Of a stretch of 64,000 bases of DNA, positions 50,494 to 59,990 are shown piece after piece. Origin of the DNA: an uncultured archaeon. GTDB lineage: Archaea; Asgardarchaeota; Lokiarchaeia; Sigyniarchaeales; SOKP01. Within the stretch, counting starts at the first letter, position 1. Every line of letters starts with the position of its first letter. Location of the stretch: contig CAZDTP010000005.1 in NCBI GenBank assembly GCA_964508365.1, forward strand, positions 43,084-107,083. The letters are read 5' to 3'. The position numbers and the translations under genes are program-made. The notes below the pieces were generated by a model, which was not told where the DNA came from, ran no database searches, and was given only the letters and a program-made list of their open reading frames with translations.

Positions 50494-50874
50494 TTAATTA
50501 TTTAATATTTTCTTTACATAAGATCGAAGCTCGTTTCCTGAAAATGGTTTAGTTACATAACCATCTGCACCTAATTCCTTTCCTTTTTCTATATCTTCCT
50601 TAAAACTCTTAACTGTAAAAAGAATTACTTTAACATTTTTATAGGAATCCTTCGATCTAATGGTTCTCAGAACTTCAAATCCGCTGAGCGCTGGCATCAT
50701 AACATCTAACAATATTAATAAGATTTCATCATATCTTTCTTCTAGAATTTTTAATGCTTCTTTACCGTTACTACATGTAAGGGTATTGTAATTATCAAGC
50801 TGTAAAAATTTTTGAACGAGACTAACTATATCAGGCTCATCATCACAAATAAGAATAGAATTTTTATCTGACAT
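50494..50874 (-). CDS. Stand-alone response-regulator receiver domain (tandem paralog)
   Basis: ILICDDE, LILLDVMMP and GADGYVTKPF. Confidence 0.92.
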   Translation of the reverse strand: MSDKNSILICDDEPDIVSLVQKFLQLDNYNTLTCSNGKEALKILEERYDEILLILLDVMMPALSGFEVLRTIRSKDSYKNVKVILFTVKSFKEDIEKGKELGADGYVTKPFSGNELRSYVKKILNN

Positions 50875-50987
50875 ATTAAATCTTAATTCCTTTTTTTAAT
50901 CACTAATATTAAATTTCGTTTAAATATATCAATTTATTTAACTAATTTATATGTATACTTTTTACTATTCTTAATTAAAATTCAATT

Positions 50988-51644
50988 ATGTCAAATCACG
51001 ATAGCACTCCGAAGTTCCCTGACTCTTATCTTGGGAATAATTCCCTAGACTATGATTCATCAATATGGATGGAGAGAAATCAAAAAAAAACTACACTCCT
51101 TTGTTTACAATATTTGTATGATGAAAGATTAGATAATCTAGAGAAACCGGATTTTTTAAAAGATGAATCTTTTTTCATTATTGATTTAGGCTGTGGAACT
51201 GGTTTTTCCACTGAGATTTTAATAGAGAGAGGTTTTAGAGTAGTTGGAGTCGATGTCTTACACGACATGCTTTCAAAAGTGAAACCTAAGAAGAATCATA
51301 TGAACAATCAAAACAACCTCGAGCTCATTTTAGCAGATATAAACTATATACCCTTAAGAGGTTCCTCAATTAATCACGCAATTTCTATCTCAGCCTACAA
51401 TTTCATCACCCATAGAGCAGAGTCGATTCGAGACAAAACGAAAATTACAAATAATACCGCAGAATATTTGTATAAAATATTAAAACCAGATGGAAGAATT
51501 ATAATCGAATTTTACCCTAAAGACGAAAATGAGCTGGAAATGTTTACTTCATCATTTAACAATAATGGGTTTAATGGGTTTGTCATCAAACAGAATCCTA
51601 ATCAAAAATCAGGACAGACTTTCTTATTGCTAAAAAAGCGGTGA
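50988..51644 (+). CDS. Class I SAM methyltransferase, Bud23/WBSCR22-like
   Basis: IIDLGCGTGFSTEIL, AISISA, LY..LKPDG...EFYPK and GFNG...P..K. Confidence 0.8.
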   Translation: MSNHDSTPKFPDSYLGNNSLDYDSSIWMERNQKKTTLLCLQYLYDERLDNLEKPDFLKDESFFIIDLGCGTGFSTEILIERGFRVVGVDVLHDMLSKVKPKKNHMNNQNNLELILADINYIPLRGSSINHAISISAYNFITHRAESIRDKTKITNNTAEYLYKILKPDGRIIIEFYPKDENELEMFTSSFNNNGFNGFVIKQNPNQKSGQTFLLLKKR

Positions 51645-51650
51645 TTAAAT

Positions 51651-52748
51651 ATAGGAACATGTAAATTTTGCGGTAGCTCTGACAAAACCATTTCAAATAT
51701 ACTCAATACATGTAGGAATTGCATTATTAACAACAATTGGAATTTAATTAAACCACACATCTTAGATGTTCATAAACAAGTTAGAAAGTTAGTGGAATTA
51801 CCATCTACACCCCCAAGAGCAAGTAAAAATGAACTAAAGTTGAAATGCAACTTCTGTATTAACGAATGTGCGTTATCTGAAAACGATATTAGTTATTGTG
51901 GGTTGCGAAATATTAGCAAAAATAAAAGTGGGAAACTACCATTACCTTCGAAACAAAAAGGATATATGCATGGTTACCTCGATCCGATACCTACCAATTG
52001 TTGTAACGCATGGTTTTGTTCTGCCGATAACAATACTTATTCTTACGCAGCTTTTCTATATGGCTGCTCATTTGACTGTCTTTTTTGTCAGAATGCATCT
52101 CATAAACATTTTTCTAATTATAACTTAACTGATGTTGAACTTATAGCGAATAAAATATATATGAATAAAAAAATTACCTGTATATGCTATTTTGGTGGCA
52201 CACCAGAAGTACAACTACCTTTTACAATTAATTTAGCTAATTTAATTATTGAGAAGATTGAGAAGGAAGATATTTCACGAAAATTTAGAATATGCTGGGA
52301 ATGGAATGGAACTGGGAATACGGGTTTGGTTGAGGAATGCATGAGAATTGCAATTAGTTCCGGAGGTAATATTAAGTTCGATTTAAAAGCATTTAGCGAA
52401 AAGTTAAATATAGCATTATGTGGAATAAGCAATAGGCGAACGCTGGAAAATTTTCGATACTTGGGGGAAGAATATTTTGGTAAGCGAAATAATGATGTAC
52501 CAGTAATGAGTGCCTGTACTTTATTAGTTCCAGGGTATGTAAACCACGAAGAGATTAGTCTGATTGCAAAATTTATTAGTGATATTGACATAAACATACC
52601 TTATAGCCTGTTAATCTTCCATCCTGATTACCAGATGAAGGATTTACCTATAACACCTCGAAAACAGGTAGATCAGTGTATCAACGCTGCAAAGAAATAT
52701 CTAAACAGAGTTAATTTAGGAAATAAGTTTCTACTAGGATTCTCGTAA
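51651..52748 (+). CDS. Radical SAM protein (PflA/AmmeMemoRadiSAM-like) with N-terminal CxxC..CxxC
   Basis: CSFDCLFC cluster motif, FGGTP, WEWNG and LLVPGY. The frame stays open upstream of GTG 51792 through CKFC/CRNC to the methylase stop; start uncertain. Confidence 0.85.
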   Translation: MGTCKFCGSSDKTISNILNTCRNCIINNNWNLIKPHILDVHKQVRKLVELPSTPPRASKNELKLKCNFCINECALSENDISYCGLRNISKNKSGKLPLPSKQKGYMHGYLDPIPTNCCNAWFCSADNNTYSYAAFLYGCSFDCLFCQNASHKHFSNYNLTDVELIANKIYMNKKITCICYFGGTPEVQLPFTINLANLIIEKIEKEDISRKFRICWEWNGTGNTGLVEECMRIAISSGGNIKFDLKAFSEKLNIALCGISNRRTLENFRYLGEEYFGKRNNDVPVMSACTLLVPGYVNHEEISLIAKFISDIDINIPYSLLIFHPDYQMKDLPITPRKQVDQCINAAKKYLNRVNLGNKFLLGFS

Positions 52749-52899
52749 TTTTCTTTAAAATTTCCATAATATTCTATAAATTTAAGTCAATTTTTAGAGA
52801 TTTTTCCAATTTTACGACTACTTTTCTTTCAATAACAATCATTAATAGTAAAACAACATTTTTGTATAAATATTATAGGAAAAAAAATGGGATAGAAAA

Positions 52900-53997
52900 A
52901 TGAAGAGAGTCCAGACCATTGATATGATTCGAGGATTTTGTATATTTCTTATGGTATTCGGACACTTACTTGATTGGTGGATAATAATCTCGGATAGATG
53001 GTTAATTTTTTATTTATTCTCATTTATAGCGTCTATAGCCGCTACGGGATTTTTATTTATCTCTGGATTCAGCGCAGCAATAGCATTTAAAAGTAGGGTT
53101 AAAAAGGCAGAAATTTCTACTGACAATAGTATGACCCAGGCCAGGAACATCTATATCATTCGAGCATTACTATTATTAGCAATAAGTTTAATTTATAATA
53201 CAGCAATTGCTTTAACACTAAACGACTTGAGGTGGATTTGGGCTTGGAATGCTCTCCAAACAATTTCAATATCGCTCATATTGGCGTGGCCTTTATTACG
53301 CACCCCTAAATACTTGCGAATTGGTTTAGGAATTGGATTATTAGTTGTTAATGAATTGCTATCACCATTTTTACTTACATATAGCGGTCAACTAAATACT
53401 TATGGCGTTTTATTCCAGATATTTTATCATCCAATAGAAGCATTTACGATTTTTCCTTATTTCGCAATATTCATAATCGGAACTGTAGTTGGAGATTTCT
53501 TCTTTAATTTCAATATCATTAAGGATTCAGATGAAAGGAAAGAGTCTATAAAGTGCGTGTTTATAAGGACGATATTAATAGTAGGGATAATATTTACTTC
53601 ATTCGGAATTATATATCGTTTTTATGATTTTTTTTATCGCCGAACTCTTTCGGCTATGTTTTATTCTATTGGGGTTATCTTCATTTTGCTCGCAATACTC
53701 TTGTATCTCGAGGAATTTGAAAAAATAAAACCGAAAAAAAGATATAGATTCTTCTTTTATTTCTCATTTTACTCTTTTACTATCTATTTAGCTCACGATC
53801 TGTTGTATTTTATATTTTACCGTCAATTAAACGCTATAAATATCTGGTTAGTTGTTATAGCGATAATTATTTTAATAACACTTTTACTCAAGGGTATACA
53901 TAAAACGTTAGGAAGAAAAGCCTCATTAAAAGCACAATTGGGTATCTTAAGTGTAATAATCGCAAATAAAATCGAACAAAGGAAAAGTAGAAATTAG
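52900..53997 (+). CDS. DUF1624 / HGSNAT-like membrane acyltransferase
   Basis: RVQTIDMIRGFCIFLMVFGH, FLFISG and WNALQTI; multi-pass. Confidence 0.8.
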   Translation: MKRVQTIDMIRGFCIFLMVFGHLLDWWIIISDRWLIFYLFSFIASIAATGFLFISGFSAAIAFKSRVKKAEISTDNSMTQARNIYIIRALLLLAISLIYNTAIALTLNDLRWIWAWNALQTISISLILAWPLLRTPKYLRIGLGIGLLVVNELLSPFLLTYSGQLNTYGVLFQIFYHPIEAFTIFPYFAIFIIGTVVGDFFFNFNIIKDSDERKESIKCVFIRTILIVGIIFTSFGIIYRFYDFFYRRTLSAMFYSIGVIFILLAILLYLEEFEKIKPKKRYRFFFYFSFYSFTIYLAHDLLYFIFYRQLNAINIWLVVIAIIILITLLLKGIHKTLGRKASLKAQLGILSVIIANKIEQRKSRN

Positions 53998-54084
53998 AAA
54001 ATTAAGGTCTTTTAAGGTATTAATGATAAAATTTATTACATTTTGATAATTTTTTTAACTACTCAATTAAAAAAAGTTTAAAAA

Positions 54085-54390
54085 ATGCAACAAGCACGTA
54101 TAAGACTTAGTAGCACTCAATTAACTGCTTTGAAAGCTGTGTGTGAGCAAATTGAAAGCGTGTGTAAGAATCAAGGAATTAGAAAACTAGGTCCTATTCC
54201 ATTACCTACAAAGAGTTTACGAGTTCCCGTGATGAAAGCACCATCTGGGCAAGGTACATCGACTTGGGCAAAATTCGAAATGAGAATTCACAAACGCCTT
54301 TTTGAAATAACTGCCAACGAACGTTCGATGCACCTTATTATGAAAATTCAAATTCCTGAGTCAGTTTTAGTAGAAATTGAGTTAATGTAA
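54085..54390 (+). CDS. rpsJ: Ribosomal protein uS10
   Basis: ARIRLSS, GPIPLPTK, G.GT.TW and FEMRIHKRL. Confidence 0.9.
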   Translation: MQQARIRLSSTQLTALKAVCEQIESVCKNQGIRKLGPIPLPTKSLRVPVMKAPSGQGTSTWAKFEMRIHKRLFEITANERSMHLIMKIQIPESVLVEIELM

Positions 54391-54460
54391 TAAACTTCTT
54401 TCTTTGGATTTTTAATATTTCTTCAAGAGAATTAATATAGAATGAATTTATCCATTATTT

Positions 54461-55837
54461 ATGCCCTTTACACCATTTCATTTTGGTCCAGGGTTACTTA
54501 TTAGTTTAACATTTCTTTCGTTCATTGATATTCCTACTTTCTTGATAGCGAGTGTAATTATTGATGTTGAACCATTTTTAGTTTTGGTTTTTCAATTAAA
54601 TTATCCACTTCATGGATTTTTCCATAGTTTTTTAGGAGGTTTTATCGTTGCCGTTCTTTTAACGATGGTTATGAGTAAAATTAGGAGGTACTTTACACCT
54701 TTGCTTACATTTTTTAAATTAGAACAATCTATATCGTTTAAAAAAATATTTTTTTCGAGTACTTGTGCTATTTTTCTCCATATATTATTGGACTCTCCTA
54801 TGTACTTGGATATTCGACCCTTTTTTCCTTTTGATTTTAATCCCTTTTATCAAAGTAGCGTTATACCTGGCTTAATAGAGCATATGATTTGTGTTTGGTG
54901 TTTTTTAGGGGCAATATTAGTATATATAATTAGACTGCTTCAACATCAAATTAAAATTAAAAAAACCCTATTAAATGAACTTAATAAAACCCCCTTAATG
55001 TTATTAGATATGTCTGACGATTTTTCTCTTGATTCCGGTTCCATAGAAGAAACTATGCTAGGACCTTTGTGGGCTCGAGCAACCTATAGTAAACTATATC
55101 CTAAAATATTAGATGACCAACAAGCCATACAAATTATTGAGAAGCTAGATTACGATTTTACTGAAATCTCGAATTATTTGGAAGAGTGGAGATCTCTCGG
55201 ATTGTTAGTTAGAGCTAAAAGTTTTGATGAAGCAATTAAGAAGTACATTGAAAACTATCCCGATTCAACAGTGGTAAATATAGGATCTGGGTTAGATACT
55301 ACGCTTTTTCGCGTTGATAATGGTACCATTAAATGGTTTAATTTAGATTTGCCTGATGCAATTAAATATCGCAATCAAGTTATATCGGAAACTTCTAGAA
55401 GTAAGAATATTTCTAAATCTGCGTTTGATTACAGCTGGATGGATGATATTGAGTTCAATCCAGAGAATGGGATTATCTTTTTTGCGGGTGGTTTTGTTTA
55501 TTATTTTAAGGAAGAAGAAATCTATAAACTTATCACTAATATGGTAGAAAGATTTCCTGGAGGAGAATTTATTTTTGAGGGAATTTCAAAACTAGCTATT
55601 AAAGTTATTAATAGGAGGGCAAAAAAAGCCGGTGTAGATATACGCGTTCATTATGGAATAGGTAATCCAACGAATGAATTCTCAACATGGTCGAAAAAAA
55701 TTGAACTGATTGATTGGTATACTATCTGGGCTCGTACACCCATTAATCCAAAATGGTCAAAAAAAACCCTAAAAATGCTCAAAGTTTCAGAGCGACTTAA
55801 AACAAGTAAAATTATTCACTTAAAATTTAATGGATGA
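54461..55837 (+). CDS. Apparent fusion: membrane metal-dependent hydrolase (N-term) plus LCM/TcmP-like SAM methyltransferase (from 55010)
   Basis: MPFTPFHFGP, DVEP, HGFFHS and HILLD; then ETML.PLWARA, VVNIGSGLDT and NLDLPD. Confidence 0.75.
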   Translation: MPFTPFHFGPGLLISLTFLSFIDIPTFLIASVIIDVEPFLVLVFQLNYPLHGFFHSFLGGFIVAVLLTMVMSKIRRYFTPLLTFFKLEQSISFKKIFFSSTCAIFLHILLDSPMYLDIRPFFPFDFNPFYQSSVIPGLIEHMICVWCFLGAILVYIIRLLQHQIKIKKTLLNELNKTPLMLLDMSDDFSLDSGSIEETMLGPLWARATYSKLYPKILDDQQAIQIIEKLDYDFTEISNYLEEWRSLGLLVRAKSFDEAIKKYIENYPDSTVVNIGSGLDTTLFRVDNGTIKWFNLDLPDAIKYRNQVISETSRSKNISKSAFDYSWMDDIEFNPENGIIFFAGGFVYYFKEEEIYKLITNMVERFPGGEFIFEGISKLAIKVINRRAKKAGVDIRVHYGIGNPTNEFSTWSKKIELIDWYTIWARTPINPKWSKKTLKMLKVSERLKTSKIIHLKFNG

Positions 55838-55892
55838 ATTTAAATCAATAGATAATTATTATGTTTTTAAAATATAGAGCTCTTTTTGAATT

Positions 55893-56615
55893 ATGACAGA
55901 CTATCATACTAAAACATTTTATGGTCAAAAATCAAGCATTACCCTGACAAGCCCGTCTAAGTCGGTTCCATATGTTTTCTTAAATTGTATAAATCGTAAG
56001 GAAGATGGGACATGGGAGAAAACTTCGGAGGGAGAAGGGAAAACTGTTAAGATAAGCATTGAAGAAATCATTTGTATATTAGAAGTTCTTCTTAAAAAGA
56101 GCGCAAATTGGAGAGGTTTTCACGTCTTTAAAGAGCGTAAAACAGAAATATATGTAGGCTGGGAAAAAGAATCTCGTGAAGTAATTCAAATTAGAATTGG
56201 TGAATACATTAAGAAACTCCGTTTTCCTAATCTAAATTTTTTCTCCTTAATGCTTGAACATATATTAAGCGAAAAAATTGAATTTGCTACTAGCGGAAAA
56301 TCTAAGAAGAAATCAAAAGACGGAGATACTCAGGAAGAGGGCGATTATAGCGTATTTTCTGAACAAATCATTGCAAGAGACGGATTACAAGTAGTAGAAA
56401 CTACGGAATTTGGTGTTTTAGAAGAAACAATCGAGATTAAAGCTAAAGTTAAAGTAGAAAGCCCTAAAGCTCTTTTAATATCATTAGAATCGGATAAAGA
56501 ATTTTGGATTCCAAAAAGCACAATTCACAACAAATACGATGTGGAAAACAAACAAAAACTGCAAACATTTATTGTGGATAAATGGATTATAGAAAAACAA
56601 AGAATAATCAAATGA
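55893..56615 (+). CDS. Hypothetical protein with a Whirly/PC4-like N-domain and a small C-terminal beta domain
   Basis: FYGQKSSITL..VFL..GTWEK..VKISIEEI..L..W.GFH; C-terminal ESPKALLI...FWIPKSTI. Confidence 0.65.
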   Translation: MTDYHTKTFYGQKSSITLTSPSKSVPYVFLNCINRKEDGTWEKTSEGEGKTVKISIEEIICILEVLLKKSANWRGFHVFKERKTEIYVGWEKESREVIQIRIGEYIKKLRFPNLNFFSLMLEHILSEKIEFATSGKSKKKSKDGDTQEEGDYSVFSEQIIARDGLQVVETTEFGVLEETIEIKAKVKVESPKALLISLESDKEFWIPKSTIHNKYDVENKQKLQTFIVDKWIIEKQRIIK

Positions 56616-57871
56616 TAAGTATGGAGTCAAGTGAAAAATTTTATAGTAAGCCATTATTTGTGAATTTACTATTATTAGTTATGAATCTACTTTTGTTTTT
56701 ATTCAAACTTATAGTCTCAAGTATAAGTGGAAGTTTAGCCCTTCAAGCAGATGCTTTTGATAATTTAACAGATATAATTATGGTTTTTGCAGCTGTAGTT
56801 GGAATAATCTATTCAAAAAGAAAACCTAATAAAAAATTCCCCTATGGCTATTACAAAATCGAAAATATAATAAGTCTAATTATTTCAATGGTCATATTTT
56901 TTACGGCTTATAACATAATTACTTTATCATTTTCTGAAATTTTTGAATTCATTGCTGGATTTCCAAAACAGATAATAGTTACACCTACCATTTTTCTTTT
57001 TTTAATAATCTCTTTACTAGTTTCGTTCTTATCAACTATATATTTAAAAGTAATAGGAAAACAGACAAAATCACCCATAATTCAATCTCAAGCTACTGAA
57101 AAGCTCTACGATAATCTGATATCTTCTTCAGTAATAATCGGATTTATTAGTGCTTTATTTGGTATAAATCTCGTAGATTCAATTATTAGTTTAGCTATTG
57201 CCCTGCTTATCATTAAAGGAGGTTATGATATTTTCTTAACATCTACTAAAACATTATTAGACGCAGTGATAGATTTTGATAAAAGAAATGAACTCTATAA
57301 AATAATAGATACTTTTCCAAATGTTAAAAAGATTGAAAATATTGACATACGCTCCTATGGGCGATATATTTTTCTTGAAATTATAATTGAATTAAATAAA
57401 GAACTTCATTTACATCAAGTAGATTTATTAAAAAATGCAATATCAGCTAAAATAGTGAAAGAGTTCCCTGAAATCTTTAAAATTATAATTATTTCTCAGT
57501 CTCAACCAAAAGAAATGATTAAAATTGCTGTGCCCTTAATGAACGACAACGGTTTAAATTCTAAAATTTCTGAGCATTTTGGAGAATCTCCTTTCTTTTC
57601 TATAATGGAACTGCAAGAAGAAAAGAATCAATTCAAGTTAATCAATCATTACATCTCCCCAAATAAGTTTAAAGACGAAGAGAAAAGGAAAGGAATTTTG
57701 ATTTCTGAGTGGTTGTTAGAAGAAAAAATCGACAAGCTTTATTTAAAAAATGCTTTAAAAAAGGGTCCAAAATTAGTTTTAGAAAGTAGTTTAGTTCAAA
57801 TGACAATTACTAAATTTGATAGTTTACAAAAGATTGTCGAACAAGAAACACAAATCCAAGTCGTAAAATAA
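56612..57871 (+). CDS. Cation diffusion facilitator fused to a NifB/NifX (FeMo-co binding) domain
   Basis: SGSLALQADAFDNLTD, FPYGYYKIEN and ZT_dimer; KIAVP...ISEHFGESPFF. The ATG overlaps the upstream TGA (ATGA). Confidence 0.88.
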   Translation: MISMESSEKFYSKPLFVNLLLLVMNLLLFLFKLIVSSISGSLALQADAFDNLTDIIMVFAAVVGIIYSKRKPNKKFPYGYYKIENIISLIISMVIFFTAYNIITLSFSEIFEFIAGFPKQIIVTPTIFLFLIISLLVSFLSTIYLKVIGKQTKSPIIQSQATEKLYDNLISSSVIIGFISALFGINLVDSIISLAIALLIIKGGYDIFLTSTKTLLDAVIDFDKRNELYKIIDTFPNVKKIENIDIRSYGRYIFLEIIIELNKELHLHQVDLLKNAISAKIVKEFPEIFKIIIISQSQPKEMIKIAVPLMNDNGLNSKISEHFGESPFFSIMELQEEKNQFKLINHYISPNKFKDEEKRKGILISEWLLEEKIDKLYLKNALKKGPKLVLESSLVQMTITKFDSLQKIVEQETQIQVVK

Positions 57872-57916
57872 GAAATATTTACCTATAACTATTTTATTAT
57901 TTAATTAACCTTTTGA

Positions 57917-58753
57917 TTGATTTCTATGGAACTATCTATTAACCTGTTAAAAAAAATTGCGATAACTGTATATGAGGTAATTCATCCTATTTTAGGATCT
58001 AGCATAGCCGCAGAAAAATCTCAGAGAGGCGCAGGAGGTGATATCTCTATGCATATAGACTTACTTGCAGAGAAAATCATTATTGACACTTTAAAAAGTG
58101 AGAATGTAGATACTTTGCTTATTAGCGAAGAAATTGGAGAAAAATACATTGGAAATAGAGATAAAGCGATTAACAATCATAATGTAATTATTATCGATCC
58201 CGTTGACGGTTCCAACAATGCTGTAAGAGGGATTCCTTATTGTTCAGTTTCAATCGCCTATGCGATAGGTAAGAGTATGGAGGACATAAAAAAAGGTTTA
58301 GTATTAGATTTAGTTTCAAAAGACATATATTGGGCTGTTAAAGGAGAGGGTGCTTATCTAAATGATAAGAAAATTCTAGTCTCAAATCTGGACCTTTCAG
58401 ATAATTGCTTTTTTGAGCTGAATCTTCCAAAAAAAAACGCTTTTCAATATTTAGGTAAACTAAAACCTATTATTGAACGATTGCATCGTATTAGAATATT
58501 AGGGAGTAGTGCTTTAACCTTATGCCAAGTTGCCAAGGGCAGTATGGAAGCTTTTATTAATTTACGAAAAACTAATAGGTTAGTTGATGTTGCTGCTGGC
58601 CTTCTAATACTCAAAGAAGCAGACGGTCTATTTTTCTCTCTTGATGGAAACGAGATTGATCAAAAACTTTCTATGGACTCAAAATTTCCCTTTGTTGCTT
58701 GTAATGCGAATTTAGAAACTTTCTTAAAAAACGAATTAAGTACCAATTATTAA
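57917..58753 (+). CDS. suhB: Inositol monophosphatase / archaeal FBPase-IMPase
   Basis: SEE, IIDPVDGS, RILGSSA and DVAAG. Confidence 0.88.
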   Translation: MISMELSINLLKKIAITVYEVIHPILGSSIAAEKSQRGAGGDISMHIDLLAEKIIIDTLKSENVDTLLISEEIGEKYIGNRDKAINNHNVIIIDPVDGSNNAVRGIPYCSVSIAYAIGKSMEDIKKGLVLDLVSKDIYWAVKGEGAYLNDKKILVSNLDLSDNCFFELNLPKKNAFQYLGKLKPIIERLHRIRILGSSALTLCQVAKGSMEAFINLRKTNRLVDVAAGLLILKEADGLFFSLDGNEIDQKLSMDSKFPFVACNANLETFLKNELSTNY

Positions 58754-58798
58754 TAGGAAAAAAAGAAGTTTCCAACTAATTACATTAATTATAAAAAG

Positions 58799-59884
58799 TC
58801 AAGGAGGAATATCAATTGGATATTTTCCGTATTTTCTTCTAATATTTTGCATGGCTTCAAATCTATCAACAGTAACTGCAGGATTTATACTATGACCAGA
58901 ACTGAATATGTATCCTCCACCTGGTGCTAATTCTCGTATTAGTTTTTTAGCATAATCTTCAATCTCGTAAATCTCTCCAATTGCTAACATAATGGGGCTT
59001 AGATTGCCAATAAAAGTTATCTTATCACCGTATTTTTTGTTAAGTTCAAAAATATCATAATCCTTATTAGCAGTTGTAGACTCAACAGGATTGATGGCAT
59101 CCACTCCACAATCTACAATATCGCTAAAAATTTCCATTAAATCGCCATCCGAATGCAAAATTATCTTGCAATCTTGCTTATGAGCGGCATCGCATATTTT
59201 TTTTAACCATGGAAATATATAGTTACGATATAAACTCGGTTTCATGAATAGACCATTTTTAAATCCGTAATCATCCCATAATAATACCATTTGAGCGTCA
59301 TTTTCTGCGAGAATTTTAACAATTTCTAGTGTAAAGGAACCCCTATCGTCAAATACTCTTTTAATTTGCTTCTCGTTGCCTAATATTCTTGAAAATGTTT
59401 CGATTCCAAAACCCTCCCATGTGCATTCCATAAGTGCCCCTGTGGATGGAATTGAAAATACTGTATCATCCATTTCTTTCTGTATTTTTCTTCCGCTTTT
59501 AAATTGCATTAATCTGGTTTTTAAATTCGGATCTGGCTGCTCCCAACTTTCATAATCTTCAAAACTTTTAAAATGTCCGCCGTGATATGTAAGAATCTGA
59601 GTTCCATCTTTGTAAGCTTCGAATTTCATTAACCTTCCATACTCATCAATAAATCCTTGCCCATGTTTAAGAAATGTTCTCGGGAAAAGGCTTACTGTAG
59701 TAAGGACTAAATCAATTCCAACTTTCTCAAAGAATGCATAAGCACCCTTGTATCCTCCTGATGCACGTGGATCAATACCATAATGTTTTATAATTGTATT
59801 GTTTGTAAAGGCACTTTCAAAAGCAGGAACACGATCCGGTTCTCTATGTTCAATAGTATTTAGAATTCTTTCTGGAGCTTTCAT
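58799..59884 (-). CDS. Uroporphyrinogen decarboxylase-fold protein (MtaA/CmuA-like family)
   Basis: HREPDRVP, WDDYG, LHSDG, GNLSP and GGGYIFSSGHSI. Confidence 0.85.
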   Translation of the reverse strand: MKAPERILNTIEHREPDRVPAFESAFTNNTIIKHYGIDPRASGGYKGAYAFFEKVGIDLVLTTVSLFPRTFLKHGQGFIDEYGRLMKFEAYKDGTQILTYHGGHFKSFEDYESWEQPDPNLKTRLMQFKSGRKIQKEMDDTVFSIPSTGALMECTWEGFGIETFSRILGNEKQIKRVFDDRGSFTLEIVKILAENDAQMVLLWDDYGFKNGLFMKPSLYRNYIFPWLKKICDAAHKQDCKIILHSDGDLMEIFSDIVDCGVDAINPVESTTANKDYDIFELNKKYGDKITFIGNLSPIMLAIGEIYEIEDYAKKLIRELAPGGGYIFSSGHSINPAVTVDRFEAMQNIRRKYGKYPIDIPP

Positions 59885-59990
59885 TCTATCACAAGTTAAT
59901 TATCTTATATTACAATCTTTTATTACATTAAAAAGGGCTTTAAAATATATAAACATTTAATTTTAAAAATATGGGAGAGACCGTTCCGAT

